From contig NC_091284.1 in assembly GCF_032444005.1 (NCBI RefSeq), positions 120,342,001-120,406,000 of the forward strand: 64,000 nucleotides of DNA, written 5' to 3'. Position 1 is the first letter of the stretch. The number at the start of each line of letters is the position of its first letter. This stretch comes from Ranitomeya imitator. Its lineage: Eukaryota. A program made the position numbers and the translations under genes. The notes under the pieces were generated by a model. It had not been told where the DNA came from, did no database searches, and was given only the letters and a program-made list of their open reading frames with translations. Of this stretch, positions 62,434 to 64,000 are shown one piece after another.

Positions 62434-64000
62434 CAGTGGGGCAAAAAAGTATTTAGTCAGTCAGCAATAGTGCTAGTTCCACCACTTAAAAAGATGAGAG
62501 GCATCTGTAATTTACATCATAGGTAGACCTCAACTATGGGAGACAAACTGAGAAAAAAAAATCCAGAAAATCACATTGTCTGTTTTTTTAACATTTTATT
62601 TGCATATTATGGTGGAAAATAAGTATTTGGTCAGAAACAAAATTTCATCTCAATACTTTGTAATATATCCTTTGTTGGCAATGACAGAGGTCAAACGTTT
62701 TCTGTAAGTCTTCACAAGGTTGCCACACACTGTTGTTGGTATGTTGGCCCATTCCTCCATGCAGATCTCCTCTAGAGCAGTGATGTTTTTGGCTTTTCGC
62801 TTGGCAACACGGACTTTCAACTCCCTCCAAAGGTTTTCTATAGGGTTGAGATCTGGAGACTGGCTAGGCCACTCCAGGACCTTGAAATGCTTCTTACGAA
62901 GCCACTCCTTTGTTGCCCTGGCGGTGTGCTTTGGATCATTGTCATGTTGAAAGACCCAGCCACGTTTCATCTTCAATGCCCTTTCTGATGGAAGGAGGTT
63001 TGCACTCAAAATCTCACGATACATGGCCCCATTCATTCTTTCATGTACCTGGATCAGTCGTCCTGGTCCCTTTGCAGAGAAACAGCCCCAAAGCATGATG
63101 TTTCCACCACCATGCTTTACAGTAGGTATGGTGTTTGATGGATGCAACTCAGTATTCTTTTTCCTCCAAACACGACAAGTTGTGTTTCTACCAAACAGTT
63201 CCAGTTTGGTTTCATCAGACCATAGGACATTCTCCCAAAACTCCTCTGGATCAACCAAATGCTCTCTAGCAAACTTCAGACGGGCCCGGACATGTACTGG
63301 CTTAAGCAGTGGGACACGTCTGGCACTGCAGGATCTGAGTCCATGGTGGCGTAGTGTGTTACTTATGTTAGGCCTTGTTACATTGGTCCCAGCTCTCTGC
63401 AGTTCATTCACTAGGTCCCCCCGCGTGGTTCTGGGATTTTTGCTCACCGTTCTTGTGATCATTCTGACCCCACGGGGTAGGATTTTGCGTGGAGCCCCAG
63501 ATCGAGGGAGATTATCAGTGGTCTTGTATGTCTTCCATTTTCTAGTTATTGCTCCCACTGTTGATTTCTTCACTCCAAGCTGGTTGGCTATTGCAGATTC
63601 AGTCTTCCCAGCCTGGTGCAGGGCTACAATTTTGTTTCTGGTGTCCTTTGACAGCTCTTTGGTCTTCACCATAGTGGAGTTTGGAGTCAGACTGTTTGAG
63701 GGTGTGCACAGGTGTCTTTTTATACTGATAACAAGTTTAAACAGGTGCCATTACTACAGGTAATGAGTGGAGGAAAGAGGAGACTCTTAAAGAAGAAGTT
63801 ACAGGTCTGTGAGAGCCAGAAATCTTGATTGTTTGTTTCTGACCAAATACTTATTTTCCACCATAATATGCAAAAAAAAAATGATAAAAAAACAGACAAT
63901 GTGATTTTCTGGATTTTTTTCCCTCAGTTTGTCTCCCATAGTTGAGGTCTACCTATGATGTAAATTACAGACGCCTCTCATCTTTTTAAGCGGTGGAACT
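62434..64000 (-). mobile_element. Tc1 transposon with ~205-bp TIRs; far end runs out of the window
   Basis: TA|CAGTGGGGCAAAAAAGTATTTAG; mirror TIR begins ~63834 and continues to the window end. Confidence 0.93.
62650..63672 (-). CDS. Intact Tc1 DD34E transposase (340 aa)
   Basis: [16 protein letters not shown]...; [23 protein letters not shown]; no stops. Confidence 0.95.
   Translation of the reverse strand: MVKTKELSKDTRNKIVALHQAGKTESAIANQLGVKKSTVGAITRKWKTYKTTDNLPRSGAPRKILPRGVRMITRTVSKNPRTTRGDLVNELQRAGTNVTRPNISNTLRHHGLRSCSARRVPLLKPVHVRARLKFAREHLVDPEEFWENVLWSDETKLELFGRNTTCRVWRKKNTELHPSNTIPTVKHGGGNIMLWGCFSAKGPGRLIQVHERMNGAMYREILSANLLPSERALKMKRGWVFQHDNDPKHTARATKEWLRKKHFKVLEWPSQSPDLNPIENLWRELKVRVAKRKAKNITALEEICMEEWANIPTTVCGNLVKTYRKRLTSVIANKGYITKY

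Overview
Vertebrate (most likely anuran amphibian; inferred from the repeat families) genomic DNA that is mostly transposable elements. The only recognisable host coding sequence is the last coding exon of rpa1 (9848-9958, +). Bases 1-9847 are therefore probably its last intron, and the rest is TE-packed intergenic DNA. Contents: TTAA-flanked piggyBac-like non-autonomous elements carrying a ~390-bp satellite and degenerate (CCCTAA)n arrays; about a dozen PIF/Harbinger-type MITEs (TAA/TTA TSDs); hAT-type elements with perfect 8-bp TSDs; a T2/Kolobok MITE; several Tc1 elements, two with intact DD34E transposase ORFs; a decayed DIRS1-like tyrosine-recombinase retroelement whose recombinase gene is split by a young, near-intact chromodomain Ty3/Gypsy element; a SCAN-gag (Gmr1-like) Gypsy relic; an L2 3' end; and several minisatellites. 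Best leads: an 11-nt self-priming (tRNA-independent) PBS signature in the Gypsy element; its 6-bp TSD inside the DIRS recombinase; a TE-borne YY1/NRF1 + ATG + splice-donor module in frame with the rpa1 last exon; and a four-level TE nest. I found no evidence for a wholly new gene system. All coordinates and counts were read by eye, and no database search was run.
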